A stretch of DNA of 64,000 nt from Camelus dromedarius (lineage: Eukaryota): NCBI RefSeq assembly GCF_036321535.1, contig NC_087436.1:103232001-103296000 (forward strand), in the 5' to 3' direction. The notes below the pieces were generated by a model, which was not told the origin of the DNA, did not search any database, and was given only the letters and a program-made list of their open reading frames with translations. Positions 49,831-63,553 of this stretch are shown piece after piece. Made by a program: the position numbers and the translations under genes. Positions within the stretch are counted from its first letter, which is position 1; every line of letters starts with the position of its first letter.

Positions 49831-51954
49831 TCAAGTAAAAATATTTAGTAAGTCTGGAATAGGTCCTAAACATCTGTATATTAATAAAACTCTATATGCA
49901 AATGATATGAATCTCCAATCAAAAATAACTGGCCTAGAATATGCTAGATTCAAATTAAAGAAACAAAGTTGCAATCAAGTTAACATTAAAAAAGAAACTG
50001 AAATTAGGATAACACTATACTGTTGTCTAATTTCACACAAAGCATCATCAGGGCTCATAAACAGAAAGATGTCATTGGCAGCAAGGGCAGTGACAGTTCA
50101 CTAAAAACTTCACACCATTTCTGAAATATTTATACAAATAGCACCAACTTTAACTTAGGAAAGGCTACTTTTTTTTTTTCTGATTTGATAGTGCTTCCAA
50201 TTCAACTCACCAATGGTAATACATCAAAGAAACTTAATTATTTTAGTGTGTCTCTTTTCATAAGGTAAAAACAAATCATTTGTGATTTTCCGGAAAAACC
50301 TCGTCATTTATGATTTGATTTGGGGATGGCAAAATAACAAAAGTTTTAAGGAGGTTTGAACACTTAATTAAATAGAATCACGGATTGCTGAGAAAAATTA
50401 CTTGGCTACCTGTTCAACCAAAGTGGCAGTAAAATAGTTTTTAAAAGCAAATGTAGGACGAACCATGTTTATAAATAAATTTAACTCTTTCAAAAGTGAG
50501 ACGACATTGTTCTCTCATCTGAAATTCTTCTAAGATGTAGAATCTTTACCTTGTAGGCAAATTACTCAGAAGACAAAGAAAAATGTTTCACTATCTTTCA
50601 TTAAAAGGAGGCCAAAAATATCCAAGAAAACTTTGGCATTTTAACAGAGAGAAAACTAAATTTAATTCTGTATCAGTATATTTGATACTAAAGCTAAACC
50701 CATCAAGCCATGGCCAGTATTGGCAAAGACAAATAAAATTCCTTCCCCCCAAACTTTCTACAACTATCTACATGCATTCAGGTTTTATCTCATACTTTCT
50801 TCTTTCTCATTCTGGAACAATGAGTTGTTTTACTTTAGGGTAATCCTACTTTCTTTTTCCTTAACGCATCCTTCATACTTTGCACACAGTTATCTCACTC
50901 TATCATTGCTCCTGTGACACTCTCCTCACATATATCAACTATGAATTTTAATCACAGTAACTTTTACTTCATAGAGAAAACTAAAAGATGAATGATTGTG
51001 AACTGTGTGTCATAACATAAACCAGCATTTTGTAGCAGATGAGCATAGCTTATCAATATACATCTCAGAATTTCTCACAGCCATATACCTTGTTATGGTG
51101 CAACTTCTCAAGGTGGCAAAAATTAGCACATTCATTAATAGACACAAATGTATATAAAATCTCTCTGTAAGATATAAAAATAAAAGGCAAAAGTCTATAA
51201 ACTTAAAATTATTCTTATTGCTTAATATTTCTGTATTGTCTCTTCCTTAGAAATGATCCATATAGCTAATGAAGATTCACTAATTTACTTAAATTAGCTT
51301 AAGTTCAGTATTTTAAATTACCCAGAGACTTTGGAAACTATCTTCAAGCTGACACACTAAAAAATATGATAATTGAAAGAAATTTGCAGAATGATGCTTT
51401 AATTTGGTTAAGCATAAATTTACATTTTTCAAACCTAGTAGATGTAATGCTAGCTTATTCAAAGAGTAAAGCTCCATATAATTTAATAAAAAATTTTTTT
51501 AAATATAGTTCACATTAAAAAAAAAAGAGTAAATCTCCATAAGTTTAGAAACAACCTAAGTGGAATGAAAGTATGCTTATTTTTCACTAGGCACTGATAA
51601 GTCAGAAGACAACTGTTTGTATTACACCAACAACACTAAAAAAGTCCTGTTAGCCAAAGAATTCCCTAAATTATGTGAAGCTGAATTCTTAATAATTTGA
51701 GTTAGTTTCCAAAGGAAAACTTTTTTTTTCACATTGAAAGTATTAGCAATTTAATTCTCAGAATTTGGGGGAATTTTAGTAATATTCAATGAATAGAAGC
51801 ACTTATTTATCTCCAAGCCAATCAAAATAGAGCTCCTTTAAAAGATTATATAATCTAATTTGGTTAACAACATACAGAGGTAGGAAAATACTACACAACT
51901 CAAAAGATACATAAATATACATGCAGACACAGAGAGCTATAGCTCAAAGAGGGC

Positions 51955-52115
51955 CAGGAGGTCCATTAACTTATAGTGTTTGCCATTTTCATGATGTAAA
52001 ACTCCCACCATGTCCAGTTTCAAGCTACCAACATGATGTTACTAATTACAGCGTTAGGAAGATATGTATGAAGAGTCTCTCCTGAGTTGGTATGCCCCAG
52101 CTCCAGCACACCAAT
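51955..52115 (-). mobile_element. MER63-like hAT-Blackjack element
   Basis: 'actcccaccatgtccagtttcaagctaccaacatgatgttact...cagctccagcacacca'. Confidence 0.85.
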
Positions 52116-53119
52116 TCCACCTTTTTTAAAAAAGTAAAAATAGTTGGGTGAATCTGATTATTTTCTCCTTAATGTTTTTTTCAATTCTAGTTATGATCAA
52201 CTGTGGTTTATGTATTCATATTTGACAAGGCTGTATTTATATTTGATATTATGTATTCAATAATACAAAAATGCTGAAGTTAAAAATAAGTGTATACATT
52301 GGGTATAATGACGCTCAATTTTTAATTGTTCAACTTTACAGTTTTATAGACATAAAAGGAAGACAACTAAAAGATAATTATAGACATCTTAAGAGAAATG
52401 ATCAGGGATTAGCACACGAAAAGGATCATTAAAATAAGGTTATAAATTAACTGAACAAGTAAGATAACTAAAATAGAAGGATTATTTAATTTGGAAAGGA
52501 AAAAACAATGAGAGTGTATTCCATATATTATATAATCTAAGAATGCTTACACATTAAATGTTATTTTTAATGGTTATTGCCAAGCACAGTTCACATAACA
52601 CTTTCATGTGTATTTTTTTTCTCTCATGCAAACATATTATTTTTGTTTTTTTCCTAGAATAGTATAAAATGATGTGGAGCCATCTAATTTATTTTACACA
52701 GCAAACATGACTCTGATGATGCTAGAAGCTAACTTTAAACAGAGAAACAAAACCATAGGCCAATCTCCCTTTTGAATATAAATATGGAAGTAGGAAAGTA
52801 TTAGTATAGAATTCAGCAATATATTTAAAGCATAAGAGTAAAATATAAATTATTATTTGGTGTTTAATTCATAAATGTAGGGATAGTTAAATATAAGTAA
52901 ATCTATTCATATTAGTAGAATATAACAGAAAAACAACAGAATGGAGTGGAATGTGTACTGGCCATAAAATCAGGTTATATAGATTTGTAGCCTTGCTCTG
53001 CCATATTGGTTAAAATTCACTTTGTCCTCACCATCTTCCATAGTCTTATTTTAGGAGTTCATACAAACTTGTCCCTTGGACACTGAGCTTGGGTAGATGG
53101 CTCATTTTGTTCATGGAAT

Positions 53120-53430
53120 GCATAAGGCAGTTATGAACAAAAGCTTTTAGAGGCATGGCTGATTGGTACCATCACTCTTAAGGAGATCAGCCCTCCATCA
53201 GAGCAGCATACTGGAACCAGTGCCCCTTTTGACTGGGTCCCCAAATGAGAAACATGTAGAGCAGATCTGAACCAAATCTAAAGCTAGAGTCCAGCTGGCT
53301 AAGGTTAGTCCAGCAAAAATCAGTTGATTTTTGGCTGTAGCCAACCTACAAAGCCATCATGCAATCATCGTGGGTGTAAATCACTGATACATCTGAGCTG
53401 TCTGCTACACTGCACTGTATACAACTAACT
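53120..53430 (+). mobile_element. Old MaLR LTR fragment (MLT1J/K-like)
   Basis: 'ctgggtccccaaatgagaaacatgtagagcagatctgaacc', 'tctgctacactgcactgt'. Confidence 0.55.
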
Positions 53431-53434
53431 AGCA

Positions 53435-53610
53435 CACTACTTCTGTGACCTTGGGAAAGTTATTTAACAAGTTTAGTTTCTCCTTCCATAAAATATGAAC
53501 TATAATACCTATACCACAGACTGCAGTGACGATTAAATGATTTAGTGCATGTCAAGTACTCTGAGCAATGTACTAGAAAGCAGTCAATAAATGTTACCAT
53601 TACTATTAGA
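53435..53610 (+). mobile_element. MIR SINE
   Basis: 'ctgtgaccttgggaaagttatttaac...gattaaatga...cagtcaataaatgttaccattactatt'. Confidence 0.8.
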
Positions 53611-55784
53611 AACTGCCGTATAATTCCATTTGATGCTAAAAAATAGGACATTACAATAGCATTTTAAACATGTTGGAATGTTTCTATTTTGTAAAAACAC
53701 AAATATATCTGTTTTGTTTATACAAGTTATATTTTGTCTGAAATTATGCAATTTATAAATAGATTATAGCACATACAGACCATTCATACATTAATTCCAT
53801 TTAGTGTTCAATTTCCATGAAGAAATCATTGCCTCTCTGGGTGATATCATATTCTTCCCTTTAAATGAAAATAAGAAATACATAACCTACATTTTTCTTC
53901 TTTTTATCTTGATTGTTGGGAATCTCAAAACTAAATATATTATTCACTTAGGATAATCAAAACGTTCCAATATATATCACATGTATTTTTCTCCCACTAA
54001 TGTTTTCTTAATTCTCAAGTACCTTGTTTTATCAAATTTATAATGTTTTGAGATGTGGCTTATACATAATTCTCACTGGACATTTTAAAGCTTGACTCCA
54101 TATAAATAGAAACAATCCATCCTGGTTGAAAAGGATATTAGACATAACTGGATTCTATTATTGACTCCATAAACATATTATCTTGATCCTTAAACATACT
54201 GTTTAATTCTGCTGGGTTTCTTCCTCTGCCTGTGAACTGACGATAGTAGTAATTTTTTCTAACATACCCAAATTGTTGAAATGATCAAATGTTATCATAA
54301 GCCTGAAAACACTTTGAAAGATATTAACTTTGATCAAATTGTAAGGAATTATTAATAAAATTAAGATCAAAGATTGTTACTTAAATGTTCAAATGTCTAT
54401 TTCCCTACAGATATGTTTCTGATAAAGTTCCAGAATTCTGCTTCCCAAAGAGACAATGATTTGTTTAATAATGCAGTCAGCAACCAAGTTTTAATTACAT
54501 CATTCCTCAAGGTGGAATAAAATTTCCCTGAGTCCCCCAAACACCACAAAATGAACTGCAGTAATGCTCTATAATCGATAGTTCATTTTAGCAAGGCTAA
54601 TAAATGTAAACATACTAAATCACAGAATACTGTACCAGGATTAAATGTATATATTTATGTAGGTTTCAAATTGAAGGCAGATATAAAGCCTATATACAGA
54701 ATCAAACACAAATAAATAAATATATGAGTAAATAAAAACTAAAGGAGCTATTTTTAATAATACTCAATGATCAGTAAATAAAAAGGATGCTTTAAAATGT
54801 AAATATAAGTAGCATAAAAATGTAGAATAATTCCAAAATCTGTAACAGTGACACACTAAGTTGATCAGCCTAAATTTAACCTTACAAAATATTCCTATTA
54901 TCATGGCTCTTTAAGATTCCTACACAGTAGGACTGACAAATTCAAATGTCAACATAGGCCAGACAAGTAAAAGGATTTAAGGCAGCAGGGTTGGGAACCT
55001 GGCAAACTGGAGAGCAGATGTGTTTAAAAAGTGTGTGGCAGCTCCTTAGTTCTACTAATGGTTACCGAGCACAAACATAAATTCAATATTTTAGATTAGT
55101 TTTTTAAGAAAAGACAAAGAAAGTGATTTTTACGTTAACCTTCTTGACTATTTAATATTGACAACAAATCTATTTTCACTAAGCAACCCAAATAAATTAG
55201 TTATACAGTCAAACAATTTTCAACTTCTGTCTTGTATCACAGCAAGACAGTCTGTTTTGCCTTCTTCTCAGCCAGCCTCATCCCTTCATCAACGAGACCT
55301 GGCTCCACTCTACCTACCCTCCGTGAATAAAACCCTCAAATCCAGCTCTGCTATCCAACAAGCCTGCCCTAGATAAAAGGTGTGCTTATTCTTAACCATG
55401 TGCATTTGCTCACAGTGCAATCCCAAAAAAATGGATTAGCCATCCATTTTGCTTTTTGTTAACAACACTTTTTGAATGTCTAATGGAGAGCAGCAGGGGC
55501 ATATATGCTGAGTTGGAGGAATACAGAGGATGAGGAAGATATTTTAGCCTCTATCTTACCAAATTCCTGAGCCTGACATTTTACTAAGAATGAGAAAAGA
55601 GCTATTGGCCATCTTCATTCATTTATCTAATCCAAGTTTTTAAGGGCTTACCATGCTTTGGCAACATGTTAGATGTTAGGGGTAAAGACATAATTTAAAG
55701 CCATGAACTCTCTTTTCATAGAGCTTACCATCTATCCAGCAAAAAGAAAGATAACAGATCACCAGTTGTAAAAATACTAATTCA

Positions 55785-56276
55785 CAGGTCTTCCTCAAGT
55801 TACCATGGGTTAGCCTTAAAAAAAAACTATCATAAATTGAAAGTACCTTAAGCCTAAAATGCATTTAATACACCCAACCTAGTAAACATCATAGCTTTAG
55901 CCTGGCTTACCTTAAACATGTTCAGAACATTTCTACTAGCCTACAGCTGGGGAAAATCATCTAACACAAAGTCTATTTTAGAGTAAGTGTTGAATATCTC
56001 ATATAATTTATTGCATACTATACTGAAAGTGAAAAACAAAATGGTTGTCTGCATATAGAATGGTGCTAAGGGTATCAGTTGTTACCCATCCTGATTGCCT
56101 GGCTGACTGGGAGCTGAGGCTCACTACCTCCGCCCACTAGGAGAGTAGGTACCACACTCACTAGCCCAGGAGGAAATCAAAATTTGATGTATGGTTTCTC
56201 CCAATTGTATATTGCTTTTGAATCACCATAAAGTCAACAAATAATAAGGGAACCATCATAAGTTAGGGACCATCTG
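55785..56276 (+). mobile_element. TcMar-Tigger element (MER47/Tigger5-like)
   Basis: Inverted termini 'caggtcttcctcaagttaccatgg' and 'ccatcataagttagggaccatctg' + TA; internal 'aatgcatttaatacacccaaccta...aaaatcatctaacacaaag'. Confidence 0.88.
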
Positions 56277-58769
56277 TACTTAACAATTCTGAAAGTCGCA
56301 AAGGTGAAATACAGGGTTCTGTGAGAATATCTAACGGGGTACTCACCTAGATCGGGGACCACAGAGTCTAACTTTGCACAGGAATTAGCAGTGCAAAGAG
56401 AATAAGATGTCTAGGTAGAGTACATGGCATGAACACACTGTTTTACATTTTGCCCCAATTACTACATCATTCTCTCTCTCTCCTCACATTCACACGTGCA
56501 CAGCCACACAAATGTCGTGAAACTTTTGAGAGTCACTTAAAGAAATAATGCCCCTTTACATCTAAAATTATTCCACCTGCCATTTGCTTTACAAAGAAAG
56601 AGTAAAAGCATGTATCACATCACCAGTTCGGGGTTAAATCTATTAGAAAACTCTTTCATAATGGATTAGAATTTGAGTTTCGGTTTCTTTCAAGGTAGAA
56701 GATAGTACGACCTTCTAAGTAGTTTCTGAACTTTTATAATTGTTTCACCCATACTTAATTTGGCAATATTTCTTGAGCTACCTGACTTTATCGGGTGTTT
56801 TCAAAGTATATTATCTCTGCTCCTCTCATATTTTATCAGTATTCAGGACTACATTACGATGTGATCATCTCTCTGGAGTCTTGCAACTTGGCAGCCCCGA
56901 GTTAGTTTTATTACCTAATTGCAATATTAAATTCAAGTGCTCAAAAGTAGATATGAAAACAAACACAAAGGACTCACTAAATATTTAACTTGTCTGGTGG
57001 AAACACGAGCACAGTCAAGAGTATCCCACTTAGCCAGGAGGATTCAACATCCTGAGGACATCATCACAGTTTAGAAAAGGGACTTAGAACATTGGTGAGT
57101 AAATTATGAAATCATTAAGACAGATTCTGCACACTACGATATGTTTCAAGTTAAAATATCTAATATTCATGTCTATTTTTTTCAGTTAAGACTGATTTCA
57201 TTTTATTTCAGTATGTTTCAGGTAAAAATGCTTATGGTACATACATGTTAATTATTTATGATTCTTGTATTTAGTTACTATTTGACTAACTAGTTACAAG
57301 TCCGGACAGAGTAGAATGAGAGGTCTTCTACTGTACACCACCAGGAAAGAATGCCTTATTTGTATTATCAGGGACTACAATGAAGATGAAGGAAATGCTT
57401 TTGCATATCAACTAATCTAGGGATCTACTTCTCAATGCCTAAGGTTAATTTAAAATTAATTACAGCATCTAATGTAATAATCTAGCATTATACTTCACCC
57501 CACAACTATGCTTTTAGACTAAAAATAATCTCTCTGCTTTGAGTTTTAACTATTTGTAAAACCATCTGAACATAGCTCTCAAATTCATACGAGAAGTAGG
57601 ATGAGATATGGGGTAAACGCTCCCTATGGGGACCGTGCTATTGCGTGTGGCCTGGGTTCAGGTCGACCAGGTGGAATGTCTCTGCTCTCTCTAGGACAGA
57701 AATAACTGAAGTGAGACCTGTGTTAAGAACTATGCTCTGGAAGAGGAGAATGGCTGGAAATACAGTTGAACGTGTGCCCTGTGTTTGAATTAGAAGACCA
57801 ATATTCTTATTATACTCAAAATTAAATTTACTCAAAATTAAAGTATTCATTATGACAGAAAGTTATGGATTTGAGTAACTCTAAAATGTGAAAGAAAAAG
57901 TTTTAACTGTATTGTGGTTTGGGGAAGAAAAATGAAAAGCTTAGAGAAAAGGCCATATTAACATAGGTATATTTAAAGGCAGAAATTATGAGTTTCTGTT
58001 ACATAGTTTTAATGATATTTGTATTACCCAATAATGGATTTGGCCTTTATAATTAATAATAAAAAATAAAGTTCAGTGGGATTTCGCTCTGCCTTGGAAC
58101 TAATACAGCTTTATTTCTTCCTATATATTATTTTTTTTCATAAAGCTAATATTTGATGTTCGCTAGGTTTGATTCTATTTCCTTAATGTGTTGGCTGCTT
58201 TGTACTATGAAGAAACTCTTCAGCTTTATGACACATGCTGTAGGTGAAAAGTTTGTTCATCAAAGAAAGTATTATGCTTCATAAAAACTCTATTTTTTGA
58301 CCAAGAAGATTTGACTCACATTAAATATGCACTGAAAATGATCTTTCCTATCAGGGGTGAGGCCTGAAGAATATGTCATAAAAATGCCTAGAACAATTCT
58401 GTCCCTAACAGTGTCCAGTTAGAGCTAATTTAGCTAATATTTCTAAAATGTTATAAAGTATATTGGATACATACTCGCACATTAGTCCCCAGCTCAGCCT
58501 GATCAAAATACTCATATGAAGCATTTTCCTTACCTTCAACATGATTATGTATTTATTTTCTCATTTTATTCTGCCATTGGTGCCATGATGTACAAAGAGT
58601 ATAAATCATTTCCCAAACGTACAGATGCAAATCCTATCCTTGGAACAATGCCACATTGCAAGCAATGAATAGGCCAGTTCAATCTTTTTACTGTCCAACG
58701 GCCACACCTACACTTCCATGTCCAGGTTCAAAGATTCCAATAACAATACACTGAAGTAAGTTCGAACTA

Positions 58770-59320
58770 CAATTGTTACAAACATACAAAATGTTTAGCA
58801 TCACTCATAAGAAGAGACATGTAAGTTCAAAGTGCTTTGAGATAGACTTTATGAACTCAGATGAGCCAAAATCTAAAATTCCCTACAGGATTCTGTTACT
58901 GAGGCTGTTGGAAAACAGGTTCTCTTGCACACTGCTTCTGGGAGTGCAAAAACGTAATAACTTCCAGGGAGGGCAATCTAGTATCTATTCAGATGGTAAA
59001 GAAATTTACTTTTGATCCACCAATTCCATTTCTGGGACTCTCTCTAATTGCTCTTCTTGCAAATATACAAAATACTGTGTGCATAATACTGCTCACTGGA
59101 GTAGTGGTTACAATGAAAAAAGTGGGGCTGGGATAATCTGTTCTACAGATATAAATATATTTCTAGGCCATATTGTCCATGTTAAAAGGAAGAAAAGAAA
59201 ATTTAAAAAAAGAACTACTGGGGATGAATAAAACCAGCAAAAATACAAGATTTTTCTATGGGTTTTTCTTCTACTGTTTGGATTTTAAAACGCTTGAATG
59301 CATTACAAAACGACATTAAT
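58770..59320 (+). mobile_element. Old L1 3' fragment (L1ME-like)
   Basis: 'gaaaacaggttctcttgcacactgcttctgggagtgcaaa', 'tttgatccaccaattccatttctggga'. Confidence 0.7.
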
Positions 59321-59721
59321 AAATGGATAAGATCTCTATTGACAGATAAAGCCATAGATACAGATATGGATTTAGATATCACCTACGTATGACTTGTATA
59401 TGCCATGACTATGACAATGAATCAGGCAGACAAGGCTCTGGATCTCAGGCTTAACTTCTGGACAGAAAATGAATGTTGTCTGTCATATAAAAATGGTCTT
59501 TGGAATCTTGATATTTTTTGCAGCTAATTAGTATTAAACTCATGTAGTATGTTTATCCTATAGTTCTCCTCTTGAGTTGTTACACTAATTTTGAATGAAA
59601 CTATATATAACTGTACACAACATGGGAAGACTTAATCATACGTAGAGACCAAAGATGTCAAAGCAGTATTTTGAGAATTTTTTTTTTCTAAAAGAAAGCC
59701 TATAAAAGTTTGCAGTGTAGT

Positions 59722-59893
59722 GGGGAGGCTATAGCTCGTGGTAGAGGGCATGCTTACCATGCACAAGGTCCTGGGTTCGGTCCTCAGTACCACCATTAAA
59801 AAAAAAAAAAAGTAAATAAATAAAAATAAACCTAATTACCTACCCCATAAAAAACAATGTAAAATAAGTAAATAAATATTTTTTAAGCCAAAA
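59722..59893 (+). mobile_element. tRNA-derived SINE (camelid Vic-1-like)
   Basis: ggggaggctatagctcgtggtagagggcatgcttaccatgcacaaggtcctgggttcggtcctcagtacc + A-rich tail; TSD aaaagttt(g/c)cagtgta at 59704-59719 and 59894-59909. Confidence 0.92.
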
Positions 59894-60439
59894 AAAAGTT
59901 TCCAGTGTATGTTCTTATGAGGTTAAATAACATTTTGTGGAAAATTTGAAATGGAGATGATTACTAGTTATCAATTAAAAAGAAAAAGGTCCATAATAAG
60001 AGAAAAAGATACAACATGAGCATCTACTGAAGCCTCAAACCCTGGAGACAATTTCACCCGCAAGTCTGACTCTAGAAATCAGAACTATGGATCTAATTTC
60101 CAAAGCAGCATTTACTGGACACAATCACTATACAGGACCCCACTCTCAGCTCCTGTTGAGAAGCAAATGCCATAAGGGGGAATGATCCAAACCAGAAAAC
60201 AATGCACTGAGGTACTATTCAGAGAAATTTCCAGATTATCTAATTAGATGGGAAGGCAACATTCTTGCCTGCCCTTTAAAGAGACGGCAGAAAACATATG
60301 AATTGATATATCTGTGTATTTTAATCAGGAAATACATCTTAAAATGAATATACAGAAAAATTATGTATACAGAAAATCACATTAGTAATAAAGTGGACAC
60401 TGAATAGGAATGCCACTCAAATAATAAAATAAGATTTTC

Positions 60440-60830
60440 CCAGTATTGTGGATGGCTCTCCAGAACAGCTCACTCTCCTGATTGTATCACCTTCTAAAAT
60501 ATATATTATTGCTTATCATAAAATTTATATAAGTGGAATCTCACTGTGTGTATTCTTCTCTATTTGCCTTTTCTTCTTAATTATATTAAATATGCTTTAA
60601 TGCACACAGCTTGATGTGTTGGCTATAGCTGATCGAATTTCAATAAAGTATAGTATATACTCCATTAATATAAATAAACCTCAGAGTTTTTATTCCAGTA
60701 TCTAATGGATAAGCATTAGTATTTTTTACATATTTGTGCTGTTATGAATAATGCTTATAGGAAATGTTTTATATACTTAGTAATGGAATGGTAGGTCCTA
60801 GGTTATATTTTATCTTCACTTATAATTGTT
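60440..60830 (-). mobile_element. Old L1 3' fragment, antisense
   Basis: 'tttatataagtggaatctcactgtgtgtattcttc', 'gctgttatgaataatgct'. Confidence 0.7.
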
Positions 60831-61294
60831 TAACGTCTTTTTTCCTATATTAATGCAGCCCCTCCAGTTTACTTTGTTTGGTGTTCACCTTGGAAAGTTT
60901 ATTTTCTATGCCCAGCTAATAGATCATTCAGTGATGATGGCAAACAGGAACAGATTACTCACCACCAACAGGCCTATCCTTAAAGAAAATCAAAGGCAGA
61001 AGGAAAATGATCCTGGATATCACCAAAGAAATAGAGGAGGGAAAGAAGGGTTTGAGAAAGAGTAAATAAATATGAATATTTACCATACAAAATGTAAGTA
61101 CTGACATTTGCAGTTTAAGGATATGTAGAGTTTTAAAAGCATGAAAATAATGCAAAATATAGAAAATATGACTGGAGTTAAACATCTCTAATTATGTCTT
61201 GATTAGAGGAATGCAAAGAGAAATCATCTGTAATATGACAATGAGTTGTGTCTAGGGTGTTACTTTTGTGATGATGCAGATGTTGTATACCTGC

Positions 61295-61425
61295 CCGGTT
61301 CCACGCTGTTGGCTAGCCACAGTGAGCACGTGAAATGTGGCCTGTGTGCCAATTTTTTTTTTAACTTTAACAAATTTATTTTAATCAGACCTGTGTAGCT
61401 AGTGATTAACATATCGCATGGCAAA
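61295..61425. mobile_element. MER3/MER33-like hAT fragment
   Basis: 'ctagccacagtgagcacgtgaaatgtggc...tgtagctagtgattaacata'. Confidence 0.6.
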
Positions 61426-63411
61426 GCTCCAGTGTAATAGTTGAAAGAAGAGAAAGTTAACAACAAATCAGCTAATAGAGAAGAAATGGTCTAAGACAAG
61501 TATCTGATTAATCCAAAAACATAAGAAAGTACAGAAACATTATTTAAAATGATTTTTTTCAGAGAAATGTGTGTTGGCTTCTGCGAGTAACTTGTGGGCT
61601 TCACCACCTTGGCATTGCTTTAAGTTAAAATATCCTTTTTAAAGGGGTTTCTTAAAAATAGGAGAAGTTTGAATTTCACTGCAAAAGCAAGGGATGCCCA
61701 TGGTTATGAATTCTCAGTGGAAACACATAAATTTTTCTCCTCCTCTAGTGCCAACTCTGAGACAGGAACATCTCTGACTGTCGCACTCTTCCCAGCAGGA
61801 TTTCTCTCTTTATAACCCTTTACACTGTAGCTGGAGCCTCTGAATTTTCTATGAAATGCTTCACACTGCCTGCATCTAAAGATTTTGTCTCTTATCTACA
61901 AATCCTAAATCCAGGGCATACATTCTTTGACTCAAGATTTGGCAGAAATTTTCTGTGGGTAAAGTTGTTTTGGCACGAGCTATCTCATAAAATGTCTATT
62001 TTCACCTTTTCTTGGATTCTGAATTCCATGCCAGTTCAGGGATGCATTTTTATTACTTTCTTAATTACTCAGAATATTAGCTGTTTTGATCCCAAGGGAC
62101 TTCTGGATTCCCCGTCATGTTAGGCTATCAAAAAACACAGGGTGACGTGTTCTCTCTGATATTTTAGCCAATGTAACTGTTTATTCTTGGAACATACACA
62201 TTTTTGGTTTTATTACTAAGGTGCCCCAACTAATTACGCTATTTTGAAGTTACATGATTCTGCATTATTGCTACTGAATAAAATATTTATTCTGGAAGTA
62301 ATATAAAATTTAAATCTCACACTTCCCATTTCTAATAAGTATATTGTGAGAATGAGCAGAGTCTCAAATGATGTCTAATTATTTCTCAAGATTCCTAAAA
62401 TGTAAAATGCCAGTGTATGTTTTTCCCCCCAAAGGAAGACAGAAATAGAAGGCAAAGTAAGAAATATCCTCCGAGGTACCAAGGTCTAGTACAGAAAGCA
62501 GCAGTTTTCTCAGTAGGAATATTGAGTTGGATGTTTGGTTTTGTTGTTCTGGGTTGCTTTGCTCTTTCCACAGACCTGTGCCATATAGTTTAATTCCTCG
62601 AGGATTCCATTTTTAGGTGACAGAAATAAAGCCTATATACTAAGTTAGCGTATCAATCATGATACAAGATCAGAAGCCAAAACAATCTTTCAAGCGAGGA
62701 CAGGCTGATTTCTCTTTGGTCTTTGCCTATCACTTTGGAATGCTGTACACAACACAGGATTGCACACCAGTGACATGTTTCAACAATCCAGCTTTGTGAT
62801 CATAGACACATTAGACACATTCAGAAAGATATTTGGAAAGAGTAAGAATATGCAGTCTAATGGCACTGAATTTATATCCTGGCTTATTTGGTCTTTTCTA
62901 AATGGCTTTGGTTTTCACAACAATAAATTGAAAAACGGTAACTCCCTAGCAGGTGTGCGGTGAGAGTTATGTGAAAGTAGAATTTGTAAAGTCTCTAGTT
63001 TGGTTTTCATACAGATGTTACCCCTTCCTCCTCCTCTACCTGTTTTCCTTCCCTTACCCTCAGACTCTTATCCTCAGTGACAAGCGATTGAAGCCCAGTG
63101 AAGGAAGCCCTTTGATTTACTGAGAATTAGGAACTTGTTGCAGAGATCAGCACTTGCGTCGTGGGCTCCTCACTCACGCCAAGACACGAACTGTCATACT
63201 TCATTTGACAGCAATTACACATTATCCTGAACGTGCCTCTGTTGTTCACTTACGGCTGCATTTAGGACAGGTTCTTTCTGAGTCTCCAACTATTCCAGCT
63301 CAACGTGCTTTCCCAGTTTGTATGGAGTCTTTGGAATCAAATTGGTTGCATTTTCTTTTCTGATTACAGAACAAAGAAGAGGAAGGCTGGCAAAAGATGG
63401 AAGGAATTTTT

Positions 63412-63553
63412 TTTTCTTAATTTGTTTTTGCTTTTTGGTGGGGAGGTAATGAGGTTGATTTGTTTATTTTTGGAGGAGGTACTGGGGACTGAACCCAGGA
63501 CCTCATGCATGTTAAGCATGTGCTCCACCACTTGAGCTAAACATCCTCCTCCC
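63412..63553 (-). mobile_element. tRNA-derived SINE (camelid Vic-1-like)
   Basis: Minus strand ...tagctcaagtggtggagcacatgcttaacatgcatgaggtcctgggttcagtccccagtacctcc; TSD gaagg(a/g)attttt at 63400-63411 and 63554-63565. Confidence 0.92.

Noticed and set aside
59722..59795. tRNA-like sequence (also near 34830-34896 and 63480-63553)
   Set aside because: These are SINE heads with A-rich tails and TSDs, not tRNA genes.
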